NCBI GenBank assembly: GCA_036010925.1
Contig: DASCML010000069.1
Span: forward strand, 1 to 36,417
DNA length: 36,417 bases
DNA from: Dehalococcoidia bacterium
GTDB taxonomy: Bacteria; Chloroflexota; Dehalococcoidia; Tepidiformales; Tepidiformaceae
Direction of reading: 5' to 3'
A program made the translations under genes and the position numbers. Below the pieces are notes generated by a model that was not told the origin of the DNA, searched no databases, and was given only the letters and a program-made list of their open reading frames with translations. Positions within the stretch are counted from its first letter, which is position 1. Every line of letters begins with the position of its first letter. Shown here one piece after another: positions 9,493-18,841 of this stretch.

Positions 9493-11307
9493 TTACGCGA
9501 TGGCCAGTTCCTTGAGTTTTGCCTCGGTGACGACGCCTTTCTCCCACCCCCGGGCGGCGTAGTATTCCTCGAGCATCTCTGTGAGTTCACAAACTTGGCC
9601 TTCGGAACCCCGGGAGTTCGATGGTTCATCGAGGAAGCGCTGGGGCAGAGTGTCTGAGCCTTCCCCGAATCCAGCCAGGTTGTTGTAGTGGCGCTCGAGG
9701 TTGTAGATTCGCTCGCCGGTCTTGAGCACATCGTCGGCCGTGAACGAATCCAGTCCCGTCATCACCCGGTATTGCTCCGCATACTCATCCGGGCCCTCGG
9801 CGAATGCGCTGAACTTGCAGAGGTCGAGGCTGTCCGAGAAGGCGTGGATATCCTGCAATAGCTTGAGCAACTCGCCTTTCCCCTCCCAGACGAGAGGGTC
9901 ACTCTTCAGTCCGATCAAGCCGAGTTCACTGGCGGGACTGTATCCGCGCAGATGGCAGGCACCACGGTTCGACGTTGCGTAACCGAGGCCCATGCCCTTG
10001 AGTCCTCGCGGATCGTAGGCAGGAGTGGCCTGGCCTTTCACGGTCATAGCCATCTCCGGGTGGCCGACGAAGTTGGCGAACGCTTCGATCCCGTCGGCAA
10101 GCTGATCGCCGATTCCCTCGCGGAAGGTGACCATTCGGGAAACTTCGATCATCCGACCCTGGTCGCCCCAGGCGATGCCCTCACCTGTAGGAATGTATTC
10201 GCGCTGCGTAGCTTCCATGACCGCCGAGAGAGCCTGGCCAATCTCAATGGCGTCATATCCCCAGTCGTTGGCCAGGTTGATCATGTACGCCACGGATGCA
10301 ACGTCGCTGTTCCCACAGTTGGCGCCGAGCGACCAGGCGGGCTCGTACTCGACCGACTCCATCTTGACCTTGTACGGGCCCTCGGTGATGTCGACCTCTT
10401 TCTTGCAGGCGACGGGACAGGCGTGGCACGTGGGGTCGTTAATCAGGTAGTGCTCTTTCACGTACTCGCCGCTCAGCATCTCCGCCTCTTCGAATGAGGT
10501 GTCCTGGCTGTTTCTGCCGCCGAGTGCACCAATCGAATTGGTCACGTTCATGAGAACGTTGGTACCGAAAACGCTTAGTCCACCTTTCTTCGGAGAGGTG
10601 ATGTGTTCTTCGTCCATGATCTTTTCGAGTGCGACCTTGTGCGCGACTCTCCATTCGTCTCGGTTCGTGGCCCTCGGCCTTGTGTTTGTCGATTTCACGA
10701 CGACGGCTTTGAGCATCTTGTCGCCGCCGACGCAACCGGTGCCGCCGCGTCCGGAGGCGCGGTCGGTTTCGTTGATCCAGGCTGCGAATCGGACCTTGTT
10801 CTCGCCGGCCTGGCCGATCGACATGACACTCAGGTCGTCTTCTCCGTAGCGTTCGCACATGATCTGCACAGTCTCGTGAACGCCCTTCCCCCAGATGTCC
10901 GTGGCGTCGCGTAGCTCGACGCTGTTGTCGCTCACGTACGCGTAGACGGGTGAGGTTGCCTTTCCTCTGAAGACGAGGCCATCGAAGCCGGCCCAGCGCA
11001 AACGGGCTGCGCTCCATCCCCCCATGTGACTGTCCGTAACGGTCCCGGTGAGCGGACTCTTGGTTACGATTGCCAGCCGGCCGCTCATGTTGGCCTCGGT
11101 GCCCGTGAGGGGCCCGTTCATGAAGCAAAGAATGTTGTCCGGACCGAGTGCGTTGACAGATGGGCCCGCCTCGTATACGTAACGCACGCCGAGGCCGCGG
11201 GCGCCGATGTATTTCAGCGCCCAATCTTCGGGGATGGGCTCATAGCTCACGCTTCCGACGGCCAGATCGACGGTTGCAACTCTTCCTGAATACCCACCAA
11301 GTGGCAT
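9493..11307 (-). CDS. aor: aldehyde:ferredoxin oxidoreductase (tungstopterin AOR family)
   Basis: 604 aa from ATG 11307 (GAGGAG SD). The 86-codon N-terminal extension of the tracked ORF is Arg/Pro-rich and non-homologous. AOR N-terminal block GRVATVDL...YIGARGLG, the [4Fe-4S] motif CHACPVACKK, and GLGYATSNRGACHLRG. Confidence 0.92.
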   Translation of the reverse strand: MPLGGYSGRVATVDLAVGSVSYEPIPEDWALKYIGARGLGVRYVYEAGPSVNALGPDNILCFMNGPLTGTEANMSGRLAIVTKSPLTGTVTDSHMGGWSAARLRWAGFDGLVFRGKATSPVYAYVSDNSVELRDATDIWGKGVHETVQIMCERYGEDDLSVMSIGQAGENKVRFAAWINETDRASGRGGTGCVGGDKMLKAVVVKSTNTRPRATNRDEWRVAHKVALEKIMDEEHITSPKKGGLSVFGTNVLMNVTNSIGALGGRNSQDTSFEEAEMLSGEYVKEHYLINDPTCHACPVACKKEVDITEGPYKVKMESVEYEPAWSLGANCGNSDVASVAYMINLANDWGYDAIEIGQALSAVMEATQREYIPTGEGIAWGDQGRMIEVSRMVTFREGIGDQLADGIEAFANFVGHPEMAMTVKGQATPAYDPRGLKGMGLGYATSNRGACHLRGYSPASELGLIGLKSDPLVWEGKGELLKLLQDIHAFSDSLDLCKFSAFAEGPDEYAEQYRVMTGLDSFTADDVLKTGERIYNLERHYNNLAGFGEGSDTLPQRFLDEPSNSRGSEGQVCELTEMLEEYYAARGWEKGVVTEAKLKELAIA

Positions 11308-11474
11308 TGCATTCTCCTCACAATTGAATGAATCGTCCCTGCGAGTATAGACAGCAGGAAAAGAGCCTGGTCGGGGGCACGCGCTTCGCGGCAGGTTCTT
11401 TGCTAAGGCTGACGGTTGGGCCGAGCCGGACCCAGCGCTCGGACCAGTGCCCTTTGCGTGGTACTGTGCCACCG

Positions 11475-12267
11475 ATGTCATCCGGTGCCCCGGATTATGG
11501 ACTGATCGACCGGGTTGGGTTGGGGCGTTCCGTGTTCTTTCCCAGGCCCGATGCAACCCAACCACCTGACGGAGCTACCGACTTCGAGATCCCGGTTGGC
11601 AACGGGATCACTGTCGCGGCGAGGATGTATAAGACCGATCCCGGCGCCCCAACTTTTATGCACTTTCACGGGAATGGGGAGGTGGTCGCCGACCACGATG
11701 GGATTGCTCTGATGTACCGAGAGATGGGACTTAATCTCGTCGTGGTTGACTTTCGCGGCTACGGCGTGGGCCGTGGCGTTCCCACGTTCGCAGCATTGGT
11801 GGGGGACGCACGACCAGCTGCAGCCGAATTCCACGCCAGGCTTGATGCCGCTCGAATCGTGGGCCCGCGGATTGTCATGGGTCGAAGCCTCGGTGCGCAT
11901 CCTGCGCTCGAAATTGCGGCGCGCTGCTCGGAACGATTCTGCGGCCTTGTGATCGAAAGTGGAGCGGCGAGCCTCAGACGTCTCGTGGCGGTGCCGGACG
12001 TCGGCGAACAAGCCCACACGCTGGTGACAACTCACGAGGAAAAAATCCGAGGAATTCGGCTTCCAACGTTGCTGCTGCACGGGGAGTATGACGAAATTGG
12101 TGCCGCTTGAAACTGCGGTGGAGCTGTACGGGCTTCTGGGCAGCGCTGAGAAGGATCTAAAGGTGATGTCCGGTGCCGGCCACAATGATATCTTCTGGAC
12201 CGATTCTGATGCCTATCTCCAGGCTCTGGCCGACTTCGCGGGAGGATTGGCGCCCGCGGGAAATTAG
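11475..12267 (+). pseudogene. alpha/beta hydrolase with a single-base (+1) frameshift before the catalytic His
   Basis: Phase 0 carries the nucleophile elbow GRSLG and ...LLLHGEYDEI, then stops at 12108-12110. Phase +1 from 12100 continues seamlessly as VPLETAVELYGLLGSAEKDLKVMSGAGHNDIFW...APAGN to TAG 12265-12267. The junction is att-g-gtg at about 12099. Confidence 0.7.
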
Positions 12268-12646
12268 TGAGGACAGCCGCGGGCTGTTGTTGACACGGCA
12301 TTCGTAGGCTGGATGCCGGCCCTGGTCGAGAATTCTCATCCCCGCAAGGGGCCGGTTCCGCTCGGATCCCACGTCTGCCATCTGGTCTCTTCTTCTGGCT
12401 TCACCGCCGCTGACTACAGGTCCAAGTCTTCTTGGCGGTGCGCATTGGGCAAAGTGCCTCCCGCGCGTTCCTGATCTTATTCGTCTGGTTCGGGCCACGT
12501 ACTACAACAACATCGCGTGTTCACTGCTGGGACTCAAACCTCCATGGGCCCTCTTAGCGGGCGAGGCATGGACCTTTGACACTCGGCTCGAGGTTTTAGA
12601 TTCACGGACCTCTGGAGCGGCCGAAGAGCAGGCCGGGCTGGTTTCT

Positions 12647-12675
12647 TTGACATGCTCCTGTACTCAAATTATCGT
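12647..12675 (+). promoter_or_regulatory. candidate promoter TTGACA-17 nt-TATCGT
   Basis: Consensus -35 hexamer at 12647-12652, a 17-nt spacer and a TAnnnT -10 at 12670-12675. Lies about 80 nt upstream of the nitroreductase ATG. Confidence 0.5.
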
Positions 12676-12711
12676 GGCGCTCGATCCGGAATTTTATCGC
12701 GTACAAGAATC

Positions 12712-12737
12712 GATTCGACCGGCTCGCCGGTCGAATC
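12712..12737 (+). promoter_or_regulatory. perfect 11-bp inverted repeat (GATTCGACCGG-CTCG-CCGGTCGAATC) in the nitroreductase 5' leader
   Basis: Read directly. It overlaps a second 10-nt palindrome GAATCGATTC (12707-12716). It ends 5 nt before the AGGAG SD at 12743-12747. Confidence 0.4.
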
Positions 12738-12752
12738 CGAGTAGGAGCGGGA

Positions 12753-13424
12753 ATGACAGCTTACGCAGGGGCATCAACTCTATCTGTTGGCCGCGACCCG
12801 AGCGACGACGTTTGGGAAGCCATGTACACACAGCGAGCGATCCGCTACTGGCAGGATCGCTCGGTTCCGCGAGAGCTTCTCGAACGCGTTATTGAGGCCG
12901 CCACGAAGGCACCCAGCGGCAGCAACCTGCAGCCCTGGGTCTTTGTCGTCGTCGACGACACCGAAACGCGTATGAAGATTTCCACGGCGTTGAGGACTAT
13001 CTACGAAAATGCTCCGCCGCTGCAGGCAATCATCTCGGAGGGAGAGAAGTCCGAGGACAAGACACAGCGCCTGATGCTTCGAGGCGCCCGAGCCTTCTTC
13101 TCCCAGCTGGAAAAGGCACCTGTGCTGATAATCCCATGCCTTTACCAGCTTGCCTCGCCAACTCAGGACCCCACGACGCTCACGGCGGGCAGTTCGATCT
13201 ATATGGCGGTGCAGAACCTGATGCTTTCCGCCCGCGCGCTCGGCCTAGGCACGGTCATGACCACTGCCCATGGGATGATCGAGCCGACACTCCGGGAAGC
13301 CATCAGGATGCCAGACGACGCCTATCCGGTTGCGCTGATTCCGCTCGGATACCCCGATGCCAATTTCGGTCCGACCACTCGAAAGCCGGTGAGCGAAGTT
13401 CTCCGATGGAACACTTGGAGCTAG
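12753..13424 (+). CDS. nitroreductase family protein
   Basis: 223 aa. RAIRYW...PSGSNLQPWVFVVVDD block typical of the FMN nitroreductase fold. AGGAG SD. Confidence 0.88.
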   Translation: MTAYAGASTLSVGRDPSDDVWEAMYTQRAIRYWQDRSVPRELLERVIEAATKAPSGSNLQPWVFVVVDDTETRMKISTALRTIYENAPPLQAIISEGEKSEDKTQRLMLRGARAFFSQLEKAPVLIIPCLYQLASPTQDPTTLTAGSSIYMAVQNLMLSARALGLGTVMTTAHGMIEPTLREAIRMPDDAYPVALIPLGYPDANFGPTTRKPVSEVLRWNTWS

Positions 13425-14146
13425 GCGAGATCGAGGGCCTCGAAAAGCGGACTCCTCGCCCCATTAGTTCGGTCAGGGTCTCGCTCGCTTTGGCCCCGGG
13501 TTGTGAAAGCAGCATCACGTTGCCAGGTTCTGTCGGAAAGCCCTTGAGAGAAGCCAGCCGACTCGTTGGCACGTAGAGCCCTACGTAGTTGGGGCCGGCC
13601 GTCTGGATTTCTGCACCTTCAGCTTCGCGACCACTTCCCGCTCGAGTGCGACCATCTCTTCTTCTTCGGTTTCAGAGAATCCTGCGGTGAAGAAGTGAAT
13701 GGCGCGAACCTGCTTTCTCAATACCGTGGTTGACTAATTCCGGCACGACCCGTGCTGGAACCCGCGAAATCACACGGTCGACCATGCCGGGCGTTTCCAA
13801 CGGGGTGGCCGTCAACGTCATCCAGCTTGGGATTGACCACGTAGAGTTCGCCTGCCTCCGGGAAGCCCGCCTCCGGCTAGTCCTCGTCTCTCGGAGGGGA
13901 CGCCGACAACTGCAACCGCTCGGGGTGGGATATCGAGTCGCGGGATGCTTAGACACTACCGTTCACAGCTCACCCTGTCTTATGCGTGAGCCGAAGGTCG
14001 TGTTTGGAATCGACGGATTGTACCCTGGCCCCAGCTCTGTGGCGCATCATCTGCCGGCAGCCATGGTTTCCAGCAATATCAGCTCGAGCCGTATCGTTTC
14101 GGGGTCGCAGCACTGCTACCAGAATGCCGCAGGAGGCGGTCGAAGC

Positions 14147-15812
14147 ATGGAGATGACCGGCGGCCAGGCTCTGGCCCAGTCCTTGAAGATCGAAGGCGCC
14201 GATACCCTCTTTGCTCTCCCAGGCATCCAGATGGACTACCTGTTTGACGCGATCTGGGAGGAGCAGGACCACTCACAAGGTGATTCATCCTAGGCACGAG
14301 CAGGCGACGACCTACATGGCCGACGGCTACGCCCGAGTGACGGGGCGCATAGGGACGGCGATCACAGTCCCCGGCCCCGGCCTTCTGAATGCTACGGCTG
14401 CCTTATCCACCGCCTACGCCTGTAATTCGCCTGTGTTGATGGTCACCGGTCAGGTTGTCTCCGACCAGATCGGGCAAGGGCGAGGCGCGCTGCACGAGAT
14501 CAACGATCAGCTCGAGACAGTTTCATCCGTTGTGAAGTACGCGGAGCGCGCAATGAGGCCAACGGAAATCCCCGGCATGGTCAGGCGCGCTGCCAAGGCT
14601 CTCCAGACCGGACGCCCAAGGCCAGCAGAGATCGAAGTTCCACCGGATGTCCTTGCCGGAGTGACCGATGTCACCCTTCTCGAGCCAGAGACCTGGTTCC
14701 GATCTGACCTGCACCAGGCCGACCCCGACCTCGTCGAGCAGGCCGCTGAAATGCTGGGCAAGGCCGAACGCCCTCTCATTTGCGCGGGTGGTGGAGCTCT
14801 TTCGGCTGAGGCCTGGGCTGAGGTCGGGGAGCTGGCCGTGATGCTCGAAGCGCCCGTGCTCATGTCGAGCAACTGTAGGGGCGTCGTGTCGGACCGCGAC
14901 TATCATGCGCATACCGGCCGAGTTGCGACGCTGGCGCTGGTCCCGGAGGCCGACGTCATCCTCGTGATCGGCAGCCGCTTTCTGCTTGCTTCCAGTGCCT
15001 CCTTCGCGGGCGCGACGAAAGTGGAGGCGATGGTCGTTCAAATCGACATCGACCCGGATGAGCTGGGTCGCAACCGCGAGCCTGACGTGGGTCTCCGGGG
15101 AGACGCAAAGAGCGCGACCGCGGCACTTCTCGAGCGGATTCCGGCCCACAATCGCTCGCATCCTTCGCGCCATGACGAGTTGGGGGCGATACGCGACCGC
15201 TCTCGCGAAGGTTCTGCTGGCGCCCTGCTGGTATCGGACTTGGGAACCGTCATACGCGAAGAGCTGCCCGACGACGGAACACTGGTGACGGAAAGTACAC
15301 AGGTCGGTTACTGGGCTCAAAACGGCGGCTTCGAGGTATACGAACCGCGTACAATGATCACGTCGGGCTATCAGGGTACCCTCGGGTACGGTTACGCAAC
15401 TGCGCTGGGAGCCCAGGTTGGTCGGCCGGATCGCAAAGTGGTCTCGATCAACGGTGATGGCGGGTTCATGTACAGCGTCCAGTAGTTGTCGACCCAGGTT
15501 CAGTAGGACAACCCCCTGGTGACGGTCGTCTTCAACGTCATGGCCTACGGCAACGTTCGCCGTATCCAGGCTCTTCGTTACAACGGTCACACCATCGCCT
15601 CTCGGCTGCACAACCCGGACTTTCTGAAACTTGCTGACTCGTTTGGGATGGCCGGGACAAGAGCCGAGACTCCCGATGACTTTCGGCATGCGCTGCGGCA
15701 CGCGCTTGCCAGCAATTCGCCCACCTTGATCGAAGTGCCGATGCCGTCAACCGAAGAACTGGAGGGGGCGTTTAGGATGCATCCGGCGCCTCCTAGGCCG
15801 GTCCTGCAATAG
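14147..15812 (+). pseudogene. thiamine-diphosphate enzyme (acetolactate-synthase-like) with one frameshift and two in-frame TAG codons
   Basis: The N-terminus MEMTGGQALAQSLKIEGADTLFALPGIQMDYLFDAIWEEQDH is in phase 2. The conserved continuation KVIHPRHEQATTYMADGYAR... is in phase 0, with the junction at about 14270-14280. The ThDP motif reads GDGGFMYSVQ*LSTQVQ*DNPLVTVVFNVMAYGNV, with TAG at 15483-15485 and 15504-15506. The frame then continues to TAG 15810-15812. Confidence 0.8.
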
Positions 15813-15899
15813 TTCCCGCCACTTGTGATCGCATTGCGCGAAGGCTCAGTATGATGCGACCAGCATCAGGCACCTGTCCGGCGACGCCTGCGCTGCTCG

Positions 15900-17258
15900 A
15901 TGGTATCAGTCGGACAGGGCGGCGGCTTGCGGCAGACGACAACATCGGACACACGCCCGAGGCTGGACGGCGTTTTCACGACATTCGCGAGCGCAGGGAG
16001 CGTGTTTCGGGACCTGCATTTCAGCCTCTACTGGGTAAGTAACGCTCTCTTCTTCATCGGCCAGGGACTGGTGCTCATCGGCGCTCAATGGCTGATGCTA
16101 TCGCTGACGGATTCCCGGACGGTGCTCGGGGCGATGGGGGCGATCCAGGCGATCGTGGTGATCTCCCTCTCCCCTGCAGCGGGTGTCCTGGCGGATCGTC
16201 TGCCGCGCAGGGATTTGCTGATCTTCGGTCGGGTTGGCTTCGCCATCGTCACGGGCGGAATGGGTTTTCTCGTCGTGGCCGGAGCAGCAACGGTGCCGCT
16301 GATTCTCGTGTCCGTCGGAATTTCGGCTATCTTCCTCGCGATTAGTCAGCCGGCCAGCCAGAGCTACGTATTCGACCTGGTTGGTGCGCAGCGTCTGATG
16401 ACCGCGCTAGCTCTCAACACTCTTGCTACGGGCGTTTTCCAGATACTCGGGCCTTCGGCCGGTGGCGGGCTTGTCGCCGCCATCGGGTCTGAAGCCACCT
16501 ACCTCGTCGGCTCCGCCGGATACCTGATCGGCGCGATCTTCCTGATCATGATTCCGACCCGAGGCAAGACCGAACACCCCTCGGCTGATTTCTCGTTTCG
16601 CCAGGATGTCGCTGAGACGGTACGCCATCTCAAACGTGATCCCCAGCTGAGATATGTGTTCGCGCCGGTGATGTCGATAGCTATCTTCTCGGGTGCCATT
16701 CTCGCCCTGCGTCCGGTCTTTGCGCGGGAGATTCTTGACGTCGGAGCGTCGGGCCTTGGCTGGCTTAGTGCGGCGTTCGGGCTTGGGAGCCTCCTCGGCA
16801 GCCTCATCGTGATCGGTCTCGGTGAGCGCATGCGACTGAAGGGTCTGGTCCTCCTGATTTCGGCGCTGGATTGGTGCGTATGCATGGTCTTTTACGCGAT
16901 TAGCCCCTGGTTCGTTGCGGACCTGTTTCTGGAGCTCATGCTCGGCATGGCAGCACCGTTCTGGACGACGGCCAGCATGACGCTCCTCCAGGTCCGGGTG
17001 CCTGAGCAGCTGCGAAGCAGGGTCCTGGCAGCGTTCTTTATGCTGATGCAACTTCTGCAGCTCAACTGGCTCTTCACCGGCCTCTTGGCCGATGCCATCG
17101 GCGATCGCGAGGCTCTGTTTATCATGGGCTTGATTCCCACTGGCCTTATCGTTGTAATGCTGATCGTCCTGCGCCCCTTGGTCACCATGGGAAGCGCGCG
17201 GAATCCACTCGTTCCTTACGAGATTCTTCCGGACGGGGTAGCAGCAACGCGGACTTGA
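15900..17258 (+). CDS. MFS transporter
   Basis: 452 aa with about 12 hydrophobic segments. ADRLPRRDLL loop motif between TM2 and TM3. Start codon uncertain. Confidence 0.85.
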   Translation: MVSVGQGGGLRQTTTSDTRPRLDGVFTTFASAGSVFRDLHFSLYWVSNALFFIGQGLVLIGAQWLMLSLTDSRTVLGAMGAIQAIVVISLSPAAGVLADRLPRRDLLIFGRVGFAIVTGGMGFLVVAGAATVPLILVSVGISAIFLAISQPASQSYVFDLVGAQRLMTALALNTLATGVFQILGPSAGGGLVAAIGSEATYLVGSAGYLIGAIFLIMIPTRGKTEHPSADFSFRQDVAETVRHLKRDPQLRYVFAPVMSIAIFSGAILALRPVFAREILDVGASGLGWLSAAFGLGSLLGSLIVIGLGERMRLKGLVLLISALDWCVCMVFYAISPWFVADLFLELMLGMAAPFWTTASMTLLQVRVPEQLRSRVLAAFFMLMQLLQLNWLFTGLLADAIGDREALFIMGLIPTGLIVVMLIVLRPLVTMGSARNPLVPYEILPDGVAATRT

Positions 17259-17289
17259 TGGTTGTCTTTTGGCCGAGGGGAACCCCACG

Positions 17290-17721
17290 CCGAAGAGCGA
17301 GGGCCTTGCCCGACCCGCATGCGGAGCACCCTATGAGTTCGGGACGGAGGTTGATCTGGGGGGGCTCCCGTTGAACTAGAACCTTGACGATTGGCCTTAT
17401 TTCACACCAGAGCGAAACTCCGGCATCGCGGAGCTCAGTTTCCCGAACGCGGGGTATGACATCTGGTCAGCCGAGTTTGACCACCTGTACCAGAAGGTGG
17501 GCACCGGCATCTTTGCCTTCACGGTGCACCCGTAGTGCATCGGCAAAGGCGGCCGGATGCTCATTCCTGAACGGCTGATAAACCACGTCAAGAGCCACGA
17601 AGGCGTGCGATTTACCACGATGTCCCAAGTCGCTGCAGAGTTTCGCGAGACTCGGACGGTTGCTGATGAGACCGAAAAGGAGACGGCGTTGCCCACGTCG
17701 CACTTGTGGCTTTCACGGTAG
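17290..17721 (+). pseudogene. 5'-truncated polysaccharide-deacetylase-family remnant with two in-frame TAG codons
   Basis: Phase 1 reads ...APYEFGTEVDLGGLPLN*NLDDWPYF...YDIWSAEFDHLYQKVGTGIFAFTVHP*CIGKGGRMLIPERLINHVKSHEGVRFTTMSQVAAEF.... TAG codons lie at 17377-17379 and 17533-17535. There is no start codon and no N-terminal catalytic domain, because the frame runs into the end of the MFS gene. Confidence 0.6.
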
Positions 17722-17806
17722 GCGTGTCCCGTTCACAGCCTGTATAAAACGCAATACCGGGGCCGCTCATGTGTGAGCGTACGGCATCCCCGTGGAGGGT
17801 TTGTAG

Positions 17807-18841
17807 TTGGAAGATAACGTCGTCAAGAACAAGGAATTCAACGAACGGATCGTCAAGTACCTTGAGCGGCAAATTCCAGCCGCTCAAGAGTTGTCGGCCC
17901 ACGTTGTCCGGATGATGGGTGGCCGCTCTTGGGACCTCTTTGGCGTCCGTGCCGAGTGGCAGGAGGGTGGTCAGCCGAAGAAGGACGCTTGGGTGTTCAA
18001 GGTTTCGCCTAAGGGTGGGATTCTCGAGCCGCACGACCCTTCGGTGGAGTTCCGTCTCCTCGAGGTCTACGAGCGGAACGGACTGCCTGTTCCCAGGCCC
18101 GTGTGGCTCGAGATGGAGAGCGAACCGCTGGGACGCCCGTTCTATGCTATGGAGTGGGTGGAAGGCGGCGACATTCCATCGCTCGCAGACCCGCGATTCG
18201 AAGATCCGGCGGAAAAGGACCGCTGGGGCAAAGCCTTCGCCGGGATGTTGGCTCGCATCCACAACCTCGACTGGCGAAAAGAGAACCTGACCGAGTTCAT
18301 ACCCCCACTCGATGCGCCGGGGAATGACCCGGTGGAACGCGAAATTGCTTGGATGGAGCAGAAAGCTGCTGGGATGGAGCTGCCGCCGACGCCCGCGCTT
18401 CGGGGAATCTTCCAGTGGTTGCGGGTGAATCGTCCCATCATCTCAGATGACGAAGCCCGCCTTGTTTACGGCGACTACCGCTTCGACAACTTCTTCTGGA
18501 AGGATGGGGAGCTCGTATCTCTGCTCGACTTCGAGATGGGCCTTATCGGTCACCCTATGGAAGACGTGGCGTTCGCCCGCATGCTGTCTGGCTGGGCAGG
18601 AATCCACGGCGACCATGCTCGCCACTATGAGGAGCTCAGCGGTGTCAAGATCGACGAGCAGCTCGTTGCCTATTTCCTTACGCTGAAGATGACTCAGATC
18701 ACTGTGATCGTCTCGCTCGCGGGAATCCAGGGGGCGATGCAGGGGCGTTCGAGAGACTCGCGGGGGATTAGCCTCGCCAATGGCGCTCACGTGGGGTCCG
18801 TTGGAATGCTCGGACAGTTTGTAACAGGAGGTGCCCGGTGA
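17807..18841 (+). CDS. phosphotransferase (APH/choline-kinase-like) family protein
   Basis: 344 aa. Catalytic-loop motif LVYGDYRFDNFFW and the Mg-binding LLDFEMG motif. TTG start 8 nt after GGAGGG. Confidence 0.85.
   Translation: MEDNVVKNKEFNERIVKYLERQIPAAQELSAHVVRMMGGRSWDLFGVRAEWQEGGQPKKDAWVFKVSPKGGILEPHDPSVEFRLLEVYERNGLPVPRPVWLEMESEPLGRPFYAMEWVEGGDIPSLADPRFEDPAEKDRWGKAFAGMLARIHNLDWRKENLTEFIPPLDAPGNDPVEREIAWMEQKAAGMELPPTPALRGIFQWLRVNRPIISDDEARLVYGDYRFDNFFWKDGELVSLLDFEMGLIGHPMEDVAFARMLSGWAGIHGDHARHYEELSGVKIDEQLVAYFLTLKMTQITVIVSLAGIQGAMQGRSRDSRGISLANGAHVGSVGMLGQFVTGGAR

Noticed and set aside
11308-11565. 86-codon N-terminal extension of the AOR ORF.
   Set aside because: It is Arg/Pro/Ser-rich and lacks AOR homology. 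An internal ATG at 11307 has a GAGGAG SD and gives the canonical ~605-aa length.
12085-12115. Programmed +1 frameshifting at ...GCT TGA A in the alpha/beta hydrolase.
   Set aside because: Homology switches phase at about 12099, before the stop. There is no slippery codon or upstream SD-like stimulator. A simple one-base insertion explains the pattern.
12300-12395. The minus-strand peptide ...RPLAGMRILDQG resembles the N-terminus of family III CoA-transferases.
   Set aside because: Only about 12 residues match. The frame then becomes non-homologous and runs into the hydrolase 3' end. This is too short to tell from chance, though it may be a tiny remnant.
12725-12740. GCCGGTCGAATCC looks like a tRNA T-arm.
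   Set aside because: No acceptor, D or anticodon arms are present nearby. The sequence is one half of the 11-bp inverted repeat in the nitroreductase leader.
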